DNA from: Nitrosarchaeum sp.
GTDB taxonomy: Archaea; Thermoproteota; Nitrososphaeria; Nitrososphaerales; Nitrosopumilaceae
Length of the DNA stretch: 64,000 nucleotides
Direction: 5' to 3'
Assembly: GCA_965223865.1 (NCBI GenBank)
Contig: OZ245020.1
Span: forward strand, 256,001-320,000
The notes under the pieces were generated by a model. That model did not search any database. It was not told where the DNA came from and saw only the letters and a program-made list of their open reading frames with translations. The position numbers were made by a program, and so were the translations under genes. Each line of letters begins with the position of its first letter. Positions within the stretch are counted from its first letter, which is position 1. This document shows, in pieces, positions 1 through 9,622 of the stretch.

Positions 1-113
1 AGAATTCTGATGATTCCACTTGCAGAGTATCCCTTGAGCGCACCTGCAAACAAGGGAATTACTCCCAAAACCACCAAAATTATCACATCAAAAAGAAGAT
101 TACTATCATTCAT
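1..113 (-). CDS. Partial (runs off window) membrane protein, MNDSNLLFDVIILVVLGVIPLFAGALKGYSASGIIRI...
   Basis: Manual translation from ATG at 113. Hydrophobic N-terminal helix. The start overlaps the stop of ORF 106..294 (ATGAATGA), typical of translational coupling. Confidence 0.6.
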   Translation of the reverse strand, partial: MNDSNLLFDVIILVVLGVIPLFAGALKGYSASGIIRI

Positions 114-294
114 CGTATGGCACCTCCTTTTCTTCTTCTTTTGCAGAATCAAGCAATACCCGTCGGACTTTGGCCTGGTGTGCCAGTAATGCATTCCTAA
201 AGGAAGCAATCTCAAAGCCAAGCTCAAGTATTTTTTGCCGTATATTGATTAGATCACTTTGCATTATGGTCATCGTCATGACTGGCTTTTTCAT
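106..294 (-). CDS. Small hypothetical coiled-coil protein (62 aa)
   Basis: ORF with heptad-like helix; coupled to the downstream ORF; divergent from 363..1550. Confidence 0.55.
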   Translation of the reverse strand: MKKPVMTMTIMQSDLINIRQKILELGFEIASFRNALLAHQAKVRRVLLDSAKEEEKEVPYDE

Positions 295-362
295 GACATA
301 CTATAGTGAGCGTTTTATAAGAAAAAACAGGCACCTAAAATACGAACAGCTAGGAATGATTT

Positions 363-1550
363 ATGCGCATGACCCATGGAAGAAGCAAATCAGCTGCAGG
401 AGGTGGAAAGACACGGTTAAACTTTAGCATTGATGCAGATCTTTCAGTAATTTTGGATATATTCGCAAAAGAGACCCAAATGAACAAGAGCCAGATTCTC
501 AACAATATAATCAGGCCAATGCTTGCGATGTTTGCCAAGACTCCAGCTGTGGAAGTTGAAGGGGTAATCACAAACAGGATTGAGGCAGAACACAAAAACC
601 AAGAAAAGAAAAACGTCAGAATCCTACGTGAACTTCGTACGATAGTGAAGGAAGCAAAAAATTTGCAAGAGATTTCTTCCCCAGACATAGAAAATAACAC
701 AGCATTACAACAAAAAGAAAAGTCATTTTCACGGATGGCAACAATAAATGCACAGATTGCCTCAGATGCACAAACTGCAGTAAGAATGTTGCAGAACGTA
801 CTGTATGTCTTGGATACAATAGCAGACATGACACGACATACTGCGTTTGTGGCAAGTACAGAGACAAGATGTCATGCATACATTGCAGAACTGCAAAAAA
901 CACTGGAAAATCATAGACCGACAGAACCCAAAACAGACAATTGGTTTATGCAAGCGATAAACAGGAAAAGAAAAGAAGCAAGCATTTACAACAGTCAACA
1001 ACAACTCAGACCAATCCCTCTTTTTGAGTTTAGAGAGGAATTCTCAGATATAGTACTTGACATGAGAAACAGATGTCTGGAAATGTGCAACAGAATGCAA
1101 CAAAAGAGAACATACGAGGAAGATGCAATATTTGAATGCTGCAGATATGCCTCTGCGTCAATCAACGAGATATGCAGAAAAGACACAGATCTGGTCATTG
1201 ATTCATACAAATATAATGAATCTGCTGGAATCCTAAATGTGGATGTATCAGAGCTGAAGATGCTTCAAAAATATAGCATTGACAAGGTATACTGTGATGG
1301 AGAACCGTGTAAATTTAACATCATAGAACGAGAACAGAATGAATCTGTCCATCCTACCTCCGATTTTATGATTCAATTCAAACCTTGCAACAAATTTCCT
1401 GAAAATGATGACAATACAAAACACACTATAACAATAATGCTGTCCGGATGCATGGAATTCTCCTATGATATTATATACAAAAGACAATCTGAGAAAAACG
1501 CTTCATTTATTGACTATCATGTAAATGTAATACCTGATTTTGAATTATAA
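363..1550 (+). CDS. Hypothetical protein with N-terminal ribbon-helix-helix (CopG-like) DNA-binding domain
   Basis: KTRLNFSIDADLSVILDIFAKETQMNKSQILNNII fits the RHH beta-alpha-alpha pattern; followed by a helical/coiled-coil region and a beta-rich C-terminus. Confidence 0.65.
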   Translation: MRMTHGRSKSAAGGGKTRLNFSIDADLSVILDIFAKETQMNKSQILNNIIRPMLAMFAKTPAVEVEGVITNRIEAEHKNQEKKNVRILRELRTIVKEAKNLQEISSPDIENNTALQQKEKSFSRMATINAQIASDAQTAVRMLQNVLYVLDTIADMTRHTAFVASTETRCHAYIAELQKTLENHRPTEPKTDNWFMQAINRKRKEASIYNSQQQLRPIPLFEFREEFSDIVLDMRNRCLEMCNRMQQKRTYEEDAIFECCRYASASINEICRKDTDLVIDSYKYNESAGILNVDVSELKMLQKYSIDKVYCDGEPCKFNIIEREQNESVHPTSDFMIQFKPCNKFPENDDNTKHTITIMLSGCMEFSYDIIYKRQSEKNASFIDYHVNVIPDFEL

Positions 1551-1810
1551 TGTTAAGATGATATTTTCTAGATTTCACACAATATCTTATCTAAAACGTC
1601 AGATTAATTTAACGTGACTTTAATTATTTTTTAATAATAAATCTACTTATGACCGATTTAAAAAAGGAAACAATGTTTAAAGAAATTACGGATCTTGAAC
1701 AAATAATTTACTTTAAGCAAGAATTAGATAATAACAATAACGACAATTTGGGATTTAAATAAAGAAACAACAGAATATAATATATTTACTTCGTAGTTTA
1801 TAGCCATAAC

Positions 1811-3007
1811 ATGCTAAAAGCTAGACATAGCAACGAATTTGGTGGTAAACCAATTGATAATACATTGAATGTTTTAGTGGTTGACAATAATACACTTTTA
1901 ATCAATTTATTAGAAAAATCACTAATTCAAGATAGTGTCAATATTTCTGCAGTTACAAACATAGACGATGCAATACAGTTGCTAAAAGAGAAAATTTTTG
2001 ATGCAGTATTGTGTGATGGTCCTATTGACAACTATTCCAAAGAAACAATTCTGGAGATATTTGAACAGAACAATTTTCTTCGAGATCAAAGAATTGTACT
2101 TTTTAGTGGGTTTACACAACCTGATTTCATTGAAAAATGGAAAAGAAAAGGATTATACAGTCATATAAAAAAACCAACATCTAGAAAAAAAATATTAGAA
2201 TTTTTACAAGCAACAAAAAATGATCCCAACTTAAAAAAAGTCAATTCTCAAACTATTCATGAACAAATTAAGGAGGAAGCTACACCAGAACAGCTAGCTA
2301 AAGTAGAGGAATTAACAAAACAAATTGAAGAATTAGAATCACAATCGACAAAACCAACTCCAAGTATAGAAAGTACACACAAAGCAGAGATTGATTTAGA
2401 ATCAGCTGAACAAACTATAGAAGATGAAACGGAGGAGGAAGCTACACCAGAACAGCTAGCTAAAGTAGAGGAATTAACAAAACAAATTGAAGAATTAGAA
2501 TCACAATCGACAAAACCAACTCCAAGTATAGAAAGTACACACAAAGCAGAGATTGATTTAGAATCAGCTGAACAAACTATAGAAGATGAAACGGAGGAGG
2601 AAGCTACACCAGAACAGCTAGCTAAAGTAGAGGAATTAACAAAACAAATTGAAGAATTAGAATCACAATCGACAAAACCAACTCCAAGTATAGAAAGTAC
2701 ACACAAAGCAGAGATTGATTTAGAATCAGCTGAACAAACTACGTTTGAAACTCAATCTAATAGTGAATTTAAAAATATTTTATCTAAATTAGCTTCTATA
2801 AAAAATCAATTTCTATATAACACATCAGATACATCAGATATAGGCCACACACAAATTATTGAAGAGTTATTTAATCTTAAGAAAGAGATAGGTAAAATAA
2901 GAAGAAAAGTTTACAGATCGCATACAAAACAAAAACGTAGTAAATCTACATCAACACAAAACAAGAAAACAAAAAAACAACATTTATCTAAAAAGAAACA
3001 TAAGTAG
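1811..3007 (+). CDS. Response regulator receiver-domain protein with three 54-aa acidic repeats and a basic tail
   Basis: VLVVDNN, FDAVLCD (phosphoacceptor), LFSG and IKKP receiver motifs; EEATPEQLAK... repeats; K/R-rich C-terminus. Confidence 0.85.
   Translation: MLKARHSNEFGGKPIDNTLNVLVVDNNTLLINLLEKSLIQDSVNISAVTNIDDAIQLLKEKIFDAVLCDGPIDNYSKETILEIFEQNNFLRDQRIVLFSGFTQPDFIEKWKRKGLYSHIKKPTSRKKILEFLQATKNDPNLKKVNSQTIHEQIKEEATPEQLAKVEELTKQIEELESQSTKPTPSIESTHKAEIDLESAEQTIEDETEEEATPEQLAKVEELTKQIEELESQSTKPTPSIESTHKAEIDLESAEQTIEDETEEEATPEQLAKVEELTKQIEELESQSTKPTPSIESTHKAEIDLESAEQTTFETQSNSEFKNILSKLASIKNQFLYNTSDTSDIGHTQIIEELFNLKKEIGKIRRKVYRSHTKQKRSKSTSTQNKKTKKQHLSKKKHK
2272..2741 (+). repeat. Intragenic tandem repeat, 162-bp unit, about 2.9 apparently identical copies
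   Basis: tacaccagaacagc recurs at 2281, 2443 and 2605 (period 162, in frame). Confidence 0.95.
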
Positions 3008-3380
3008 TTTTTATCATATGCAAGATTTGATTACACTATAAAGAAAATTTTTGCTAACAACTCTTAAATTACTTTTTATATGTAGAATGAAATGCCAATA
3101 AATCTACAATTGTTTACCAGTAGACTTTGGTTAATGTTCAATCATATCTTTTACGATTACTTCATTTTTTGAGTTTTCATTGTAATATTTTGATTATGAT
3201 GAAACGTATTTGTTAATTATAAATAGATTTAACATACGATAAAACGTCAGAAAAAGTTTTTTTGAGAATATACAAAAGATTTTGAGAAAAGAGTTTCCCA
3301 AAGATTTGAAGTTAGATAAATGTGGAAAATGAATTTTAACAGTTACTGATGTTAGATTACTAACATTTATTTTATAAAAT

Positions 3381-3794
3381 ATGTATATAATTGGAATAAT
3401 GAGTAAAGGTTATGATGACATATCACTTCCTACAGAAAACATAATAATCAATAAAAAATTGATGGTTTATGGTGCAATTGGTATATCAATAATAATTTTA
3501 ACAATTATTATGATTCCTCTACTTCCAAAAAGCTTGGATGATAAAATCAATATTCTTTATGATGATGCGCAAAATTATCTAAATGATGGAAATTTGTTAC
3601 AAGCTAAATTAATTTATTCAAAAATAATCGAACTAAAACCAAATGAAGAAAAGGCATGGCATGAAAAAGGAAAGATACTTGTGAGAACAAATTCCTGTAC
3701 TGAAGCAGTGAATCACTACGAGAATTATATAATAAACTTCCCAGATTCATCACGTGGCGCAGAAGGATTTGAACTTGCTAAATTGTGTAAATAG
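3381..3794 (+). CDS. Membrane-anchored TPR protein
   Basis: N-terminal TM helix; TPR patterns AKLIYSKIIELKPNEEKAWHEKG and EAVNHYENYIINFPDS. Confidence 0.8.
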   Translation: MYIIGIMSKGYDDISLPTENIIINKKLMVYGAIGISIIILTIIMIPLLPKSLDDKINILYDDAQNYLNDGNLLQAKLIYSKIIELKPNEEKAWHEKGKILVRTNSCTEAVNHYENYIINFPDSSRGAEGFELAKLCK

Positions 3795-3962
3795 AATATT
3801 AAGTATGGAGAATTTTGTACTAAATATCACTAGTGGCACAAAATCAATAACCAATTAAGTTTTACAAAAGATGTACATTCTATTAGAGTTATTCAAAACA
3901 ATTGATGTCGTACCGTTGTATAACATTCATTATTACACATTGGTGTTACTAAAAGTTAAAAA

Positions 3963-4727
3963 CTATGCGGGAGTCATTTCTTCATATTCAACACTGTTAC
4001 CATTATCATCGTTATTATTTTCTAGGGGTTCAGCAGATATGGATGAGTTTAAGACATTTTTTGATATCTCAACTAAATCTTTGAATGATGTGAGGATGTG
4101 GTTTATGCTAGTAGTTAAATTAACACTATAGTTATTGACTAATGTCAATTTTGTATTATATGATTTTTCGACTTGTGAAAAGTCTTTATCTATCTTTTCT
4201 TTTTTACTAAGACAAAAACTTGTAAATTCTTCTGCTGCTTTTAGTTCAGATTCTAATCGTTCTACTGTGGTAGTCTTTCTAATTAGAGCAGGTTTTAGAG
4301 CTTCTATAGCAATTTCTGCCTCATTTGTATCAAGATTTGAAGCAATATTTGTGATATTCTCTATAGCTTGTTTTATTATATTCAGATCACTTTTTGCCAT
4401 TTCAGCTTTTTTCTGTAAATCTCTTTTTTCTATTACTGCTTTTTCTGATTCAATTGATGCTTTTCTTTTTTCATAACTTTTTTCTTGTAAGATTGATTGT
4501 AATTCATCAACTTCAGTTTTATTTTTTAATACAATATTTCTGGATTTGGTAATAGCCTGTAGTACATCATCAATACTAGCCTTAAAATAAATCTCCAATC
4601 GTTTTTCATCTGAAATTAACTGTATTTCTTTAAGGGTATTTTCAATTTCAGATAGTTGAAAATCATTAAAACGTCTATTCTCTCCTATATCATTTGATTT
4701 TGTCTCACTTACTGTATACAATTCCAC
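3963..4727 (-). CDS. Hypothetical long coiled-coil protein
   Basis: 254-aa E/K/L-rich all-helical ORF, co-oriented with the upstream regulator and GT2. Confidence 0.7.
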   Translation of the reverse strand: MELYTVSETKSNDIGENRRFNDFQLSEIENTLKEIQLISDEKRLEIYFKASIDDVLQAITKSRNIVLKNKTEVDELQSILQEKSYEKRKASIESEKAVIEKRDLQKKAEMAKSDLNIIKQAIENITNIASNLDTNEAEIAIEALKPALIRKTTTVERLESELKAAEEFTSFCLSKKEKIDKDFSQVEKSYNTKLTLVNNYSVNLTTSINHILTSFKDLVEISKNVLNSSISAEPLENNNDDNGNSVEYEEMTPA

Positions 4728-4888
4728 ATGTCTATCAATTTAACATTAATATTCTTTATTATTGTGCTCAACACGATAAGAACATTTATGTGCAACAAAA
4801 CATTTGGTTTTATCATATTCACATTTGCATCCACAATTTCTTTATGTTCAAAAGTAAAATATTATCTATTGAAACAAAATGTTGGGCT

Positions 4889-5911
4889 TTATATCTTGTA
4901 TAATCTACTTTCTGCCCAATTTGCTTGATTAACTTCAAATCTACTGCTACAGGAATTACATTCCAGTTTATGATCTAGAGTAGAGAATTTATCATTACAA
5001 TTATTGCACACATAATAATTTTCTAGCCTTTGGTAATCAACTCCAAGTATTTTTAGTTCTTTACTGCACTTAGAACATTTACCATTTACATAGTTTTTAG
5101 CAGGTTCTACGTTGCCACATTCATGATGTTCAATTAATGGTTCTTTAGAAAAAATTTTACTACTACAGGTAGGACAAGAAAAAGTAGATACTAGATTAGA
5201 AGACGAACATCGATTACATATAGGTTCATTACATGTTCCAATATTCTTTATAGTACTTGAGGTTTCCAATTCTCTTATATTTTTGTCAATGATATTTTTT
5301 TCAATTTTTAACATATCTGAAATACGATTATTACTTAGCAATCCATATGTCAATAATGAAATTATTTTTTCTTTGGTATCAGGTTGTTGTTGAGGTTTGT
5401 TAGTGATGATATTCTTTTCTTGTTTTATTTTTTCAATTACTTCTTTTAGTCTATCTAAGTTTAGTGGTTTCTGAACATAATCATAAATTCCCATGTTAAG
5501 TAGTTCTATTATCCTTTTGTCTGATTTTTCTAATGCAGATAGCAATATTATTATCGCTCGTGGATATATTTCAAAAAGCTTTGATACCATCTTCTTTGGT
5601 TGAATATCACCTAAGCTGTCACCTAACACTATAGATACAATTTTTTGTTCTTCTTTTATCAAATTTTCATAATATGCCAATCCACCATTTCCGGTACTTG
5701 CCAGATGTATCTCTTTAAAACCCAGAGTAGAAAAATACTTTTGAAGGGTAGATGAAACTGAAATACTATCCTCAATTATTAAAATCGAGTCAATACTAAA
5801 AATATTATCTTCAAGTGCATTAAGCTGAGCAATATCAATACTCTTTTTTTTTAACTGCTCAACAATGTCGATATCTTCTTGTTGTCTTTTAATAGGTGGT
5901 ATGCTTTCCAT
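4889..5911 (-). CDS. Response regulator: receiver + wHTH + TackOD1-like multi-CxxC output domain
   Basis: ILIIED, IILLSA and YVQKP receiver motifs; C-terminal CxxC clusters with EHHECG and C..C.KELKILGVDY, resembling thaumarchaeal output domain 1. Confidence 0.8.
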   Translation of the reverse strand: MESIPPIKRQQEDIDIVEQLKKKSIDIAQLNALEDNIFSIDSILIIEDSISVSSTLQKYFSTLGFKEIHLASTGNGGLAYYENLIKEEQKIVSIVLGDSLGDIQPKKMVSKLFEIYPRAIIILLSALEKSDKRIIELLNMGIYDYVQKPLNLDRLKEVIEKIKQEKNIITNKPQQQPDTKEKIISLLTYGLLSNNRISDMLKIEKNIIDKNIRELETSSTIKNIGTCNEPICNRCSSSNLVSTFSCPTCSSKIFSKEPLIEHHECGNVEPAKNYVNGKCSKCSKELKILGVDYQRLENYYVCNNCNDKFSTLDHKLECNSCSSRFEVNQANWAESRLYKI

Positions 5912-6016
5912 GATAATTCATTATTTCCTAATTTTTTTATGTTGTGTTACTCATTATCTTCACTCTTTTAATGTTTTATATGCATTGTCAGTAATAGCAA
6001 AAAATTTTGCAAAAAA

Positions 6017-8407
6017 CTAGCTCCATTTAATGCCCTTTTTGAATACTGCTTTTAGATTAGCCTTAAATATTATAAATTTCAGTAATGGCCTATAACATAA
6101 TGCCATTATTGGCACCAACCAAACAAGATGATAATTTTTCTTAGCTGAAAGAATATTTGAGAAGAAAAATGTAGCAAATTCCATCATAATGAACAAAAGT
6201 GAAGTTAAGATTATAACATTAGACAAGCTATGAACATCAATAACACCAAATATTGAGAAGAATACCAGTCCAATGACGTACGCAACAAAGAGGATGTTCA
6301 AAACAAAATCAAACACAAACATGCTTAGTTTAGTAGGACGAGTTCTGGGTGAATTTCTTTTTGTTATGCCATGTTTTCTTAAGGTAGTATACTCTCCAAA
6401 GGCCCATCTTTCTCGTTGTTTAATCCATGCGCTTAGATTACTTGGACAATAAGTCCATGCTATTGCATCACCTAAAAATTGGATATTATTTTTACCACTA
6501 TCTTTGCGTTTAAGCATTTTTAGTGTCAGATCAAAGTCCTCAGTTATTGTATCTTTATCATACTTTCCTACACTTTCAAAGACATTTCTTCTAAAAACTC
6601 CAAAGGCTCCAGATATGATTGCAACTATAGTTGTAAATCCTAAAGTAGAGAATCTTCGCCCCAACTCCATTGCAACAAGGTATTCGTAGGATTGAAGTTT
6701 TGTAAGTAAATTATGAACAGGTCTTCCATCAGAGCCAGGATCCCCCCCAGCTATTCTTACATTTCCAGCAACAGCCATAACAGCATCGTCCTTAAAACGA
6801 TTAACAATTCGATGAAGTGACTGTGGTTCTATTACAGTGTCTCCATCCATACATAAGATAAGATCTCCTGTGGCATATACAGAACCATAATTCAGTGCTG
6901 TTGCCTTTGAACCACTAGCTTGATTGCGATGGATTAGTTTTATTAAGCCTTGATCACTAAATTTTTTAGCAATAAGATACGTATTATCTGTAGATCCATC
7001 GTCAATCACAATAATTTCTTTGTTGCTATATTCTGTTCCCAGTACAGAATTAATAGAATTTTCTAATCCTGCCTCCTCATTATGAGCAGGAATCATAATT
7101 GTAATTTTTGGGTGATAAAAAGAATCATGTAATATTTGATGTTTTGTTCTAGACGCAAAGGTTACAATAATTTTTGATATCAAAATGATATAATCAAGAG
7201 TAAGTGGAAATATCAACATTAAAATTAAGATCAGTGGGTCCCATATGAAAAATAGTTGCAACCAATCAACAAATAGTTCTGGTGATGTGTCAACAAATTG
7301 ATAAGGAATCCTCAAATTTGTGGTTGCTAAAACAGCTCCATTGTTTTTGTCTTCTATATGTAGTGTATTATAATCTGAAAGAGGTTGTTGTAAGGTATCA
7401 GTATTGATCTCCACACATAAAGTTCGGTTTCCTCTTTTGTCATTAAGCTGACCTACCTCAATTCTGTCTGAAAAATTATTTCCACTTAGAAAAATATATG
7501 GATCAGGGTTGGACACCATCTTAGTTGAACCATCAAGTCCTTCAGTCAGTTTTATGTAATCATTTTTGTCATATGATAGATTAAATGTAGATACTCTTAC
7601 CTGAAGAAAGTTTTCAAATACGGCAGTTTCAACTCGCCCTGTAGATATTCCTTTTTGACCTTCTATGTATCCAATCTTACGTGATTTATCATAGAAATCC
7701 ACAGAACAAATATCCATACCAGGTGACATATTAGACAAAGTTATACGTCCTGATGTGATGGGTGAAGCATCAGTGAAAGGTATTGCATAAAATAATTGTT
7801 CAGGAAAGATTGAAAGCCACTCATTAAATAAATTTGGATTTTGGAGTTTAATTTTTACAATTGTTTTTTGATTATCATCTCTAATTTCAATTAATCTAAT
7901 CTCATTTAGAGAAATATTGTTTGGAATTTTATGTTCACTATAATCGGAATGTGTTCTTAGTTTTCCTTCGAGTGGGATTTCTCGATAATCATTAGTGATG
8001 ATAAAGGTTGAAAGATTACTTGATTCATTTATCTGGTTATCTGAAATTATAAACTGTTCTAGTTTTAAAAACAGTTTTCCATTATCTGATAAAATTTTAG
8101 CTATACCACTTGCTTGATTATTATCTACACCTTTAAGAAATCCTAGTCTATGAATATTTTCATTGTAAGTAAATTCAGACAATTCATCTTTGTATTTATT
8201 TTCATAGTATATTCTAGAACTTTCATCCATATTTCCAAAAATTTCATATTGTTCTCTAGCTGATTTTTCAATTATTTTTGAGAAAGATAGTATATCATTA
8301 CTGTTATTACTTAGTGTTTGAGCTACACTGTTTTGTAATGGGTAAATTGCTAAAACAATCAACATGCACACAAATCCTGTAAAAGTTATTTTGACAAATA
8401 AATTCAA
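6017..8407 (-). CDS. Processive GT2 glycosyltransferase (PgaC/IcaA/cellulose-synthase-like) with large N-terminal extracytoplasmic region
   Basis: IPAHNEE, DDGSTD, MDGD (DxD), TED and QRERW (QxxRW) motifs; signal peptide, one TM before the catalytic domain, TM helices after it. Confidence 0.9.
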   Translation of the reverse strand: MNLFVKITFTGFVCMLIVLAIYPLQNSVAQTLSNNSNDILSFSKIIEKSAREQYEIFGNMDESSRIYYENKYKDELSEFTYNENIHRLGFLKGVDNNQASGIAKILSDNGKLFLKLEQFIISDNQINESSNLSTFIITNDYREIPLEGKLRTHSDYSEHKIPNNISLNEIRLIEIRDDNQKTIVKIKLQNPNLFNEWLSIFPEQLFYAIPFTDASPITSGRITLSNMSPGMDICSVDFYDKSRKIGYIEGQKGISTGRVETAVFENFLQVRVSTFNLSYDKNDYIKLTEGLDGSTKMVSNPDPYIFLSGNNFSDRIEVGQLNDKRGNRTLCVEINTDTLQQPLSDYNTLHIEDKNNGAVLATTNLRIPYQFVDTSPELFVDWLQLFFIWDPLILILMLIFPLTLDYIILISKIIVTFASRTKHQILHDSFYHPKITIMIPAHNEEAGLENSINSVLGTEYSNKEIIVIDDGSTDNTYLIAKKFSDQGLIKLIHRNQASGSKATALNYGSVYATGDLILCMDGDTVIEPQSLHRIVNRFKDDAVMAVAGNVRIAGGDPGSDGRPVHNLLTKLQSYEYLVAMELGRRFSTLGFTTIVAIISGAFGVFRRNVFESVGKYDKDTITEDFDLTLKMLKRKDSGKNNIQFLGDAIAWTYCPSNLSAWIKQRERWAFGEYTTLRKHGITKRNSPRTRPTKLSMFVFDFVLNILFVAYVIGLVFFSIFGVIDVHSLSNVIILTSLLFIMMEFATFFFSNILSAKKNYHLVWLVPIMALCYRPLLKFIIFKANLKAVFKKGIKWS

Positions 8408-8539
8408 TATTTGTGGTTCAAAAAGCTTGTTTATTAATTAATTAGGAAATATATAGGTAGTTCTATTTGAAAGTAATAATTTTACTTAACTATAGGTCAA
8501 TAATATTTTTAAGGCGATATTAGGGACTAAAACTAACGA

Positions 8540-9622
8540 TTGAAATTTTTAAAAGAATTTGTATTTTTGATTATGATAGTAGGTTTAGCAACTCCTGCGG
8601 GGGATGTATCTGCATTTATGTTAGGTGATGCAGATCCTTTCCTCAATAACATATGGTTGGAGCCAAGATATTTAGTACCGGGAGACATAGTTAGCATAAA
8701 CTCTTCAATATACAACCTAGGTACACAATCAACAAATTCTGTAACGGATGTAGTTACAATTGGTTATTTTTTGGATGGAGATTTAATTAAAATTGATATA
8801 CTCCCAGATATTGTTCCCGGAGAAAATAACGGAGTAAAGATTACAACAGGTCCCATATGGACTGCAATTGATGGAATTCACACTGTTACCGTAATTTTAA
8901 ATTATCATGATACTTTATCACACTTAACTGACAATCTTGAAAATAACATAATGCAAAAAGTATACTATATTGGTGATTGGGAGAATCCAAATCCACGTAT
9001 ATCAGCTGAATTATTTCAAGAATATAACCGAGATAGAGATAAGCAAAACATACAGATTACCGGTAAAGTTGATTTGCCACTAGATGTACTAAAATCAAAT
9101 CCTAAAGTCATCATACAATTTGGGGATGACGACAGTTATAATAATATAGATAACTTCAAACAACATTATACCGTTCCAATAGATCTAGATACGAGATCTT
9201 TTTATTTCAAAGAAACTCATCAATATTTTCAAACCACAATCCCCATTACTATATCCTATTCTACTGACAGAGGTGAAAGTTATGAATACAAATTACAAAC
9301 ATACCCAATCAAACTAAACGAGAATAACTCAGCTTGGATCTTACAGGAATCTACAGATAGTTTTAGATCTCAGAAATTTCTTGTGGTCATATATGATGAA
9401 TCTTATAATTTGATCAAGAAGGTTGAGACATATAATATACCTGACATAACAACAGAAAATACTGTCAATAGTTATGTTTCTGTAATACTACCAGGGGATC
9501 AACTGTATAATATGGAAGTGTATTCAGAAAGAGGAGATTTGATTTATGCATCATCAAAGTTCTTACAGGCGAATAATATAGTGATAGATGATCTAAATCA
9601 AAAATGGAGAGAATCTAATTGA
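8540..9622 (+). CDS. Secreted protein with CARDB/Ig-like N-terminal domain
   Basis: Signal peptide; PGDIVSINSSIYNLG...GIHTVTVILN...DNLENN pattern of CARDB. Confidence 0.7.
   Translation: MKFLKEFVFLIMIVGLATPAGDVSAFMLGDADPFLNNIWLEPRYLVPGDIVSINSSIYNLGTQSTNSVTDVVTIGYFLDGDLIKIDILPDIVPGENNGVKITTGPIWTAIDGIHTVTVILNYHDTLSHLTDNLENNIMQKVYYIGDWENPNPRISAELFQEYNRDRDKQNIQITGKVDLPLDVLKSNPKVIIQFGDDDSYNNIDNFKQHYTVPIDLDTRSFYFKETHQYFQTTIPITISYSTDRGESYEYKLQTYPIKLNENNSAWILQESTDSFRSQKFLVVIYDESYNLIKKVETYNIPDITTENTVNSYVSVILPGDQLYNMEVYSERGDLIYASSKFLQANNIVIDDLNQKWRESN

Noticed and set aside
2272-2741. Possible CRISPR array
   Set aside because: The units are contiguous, identical and in frame, with no unique spacers and no cas genes; it is a coding tandem repeat.
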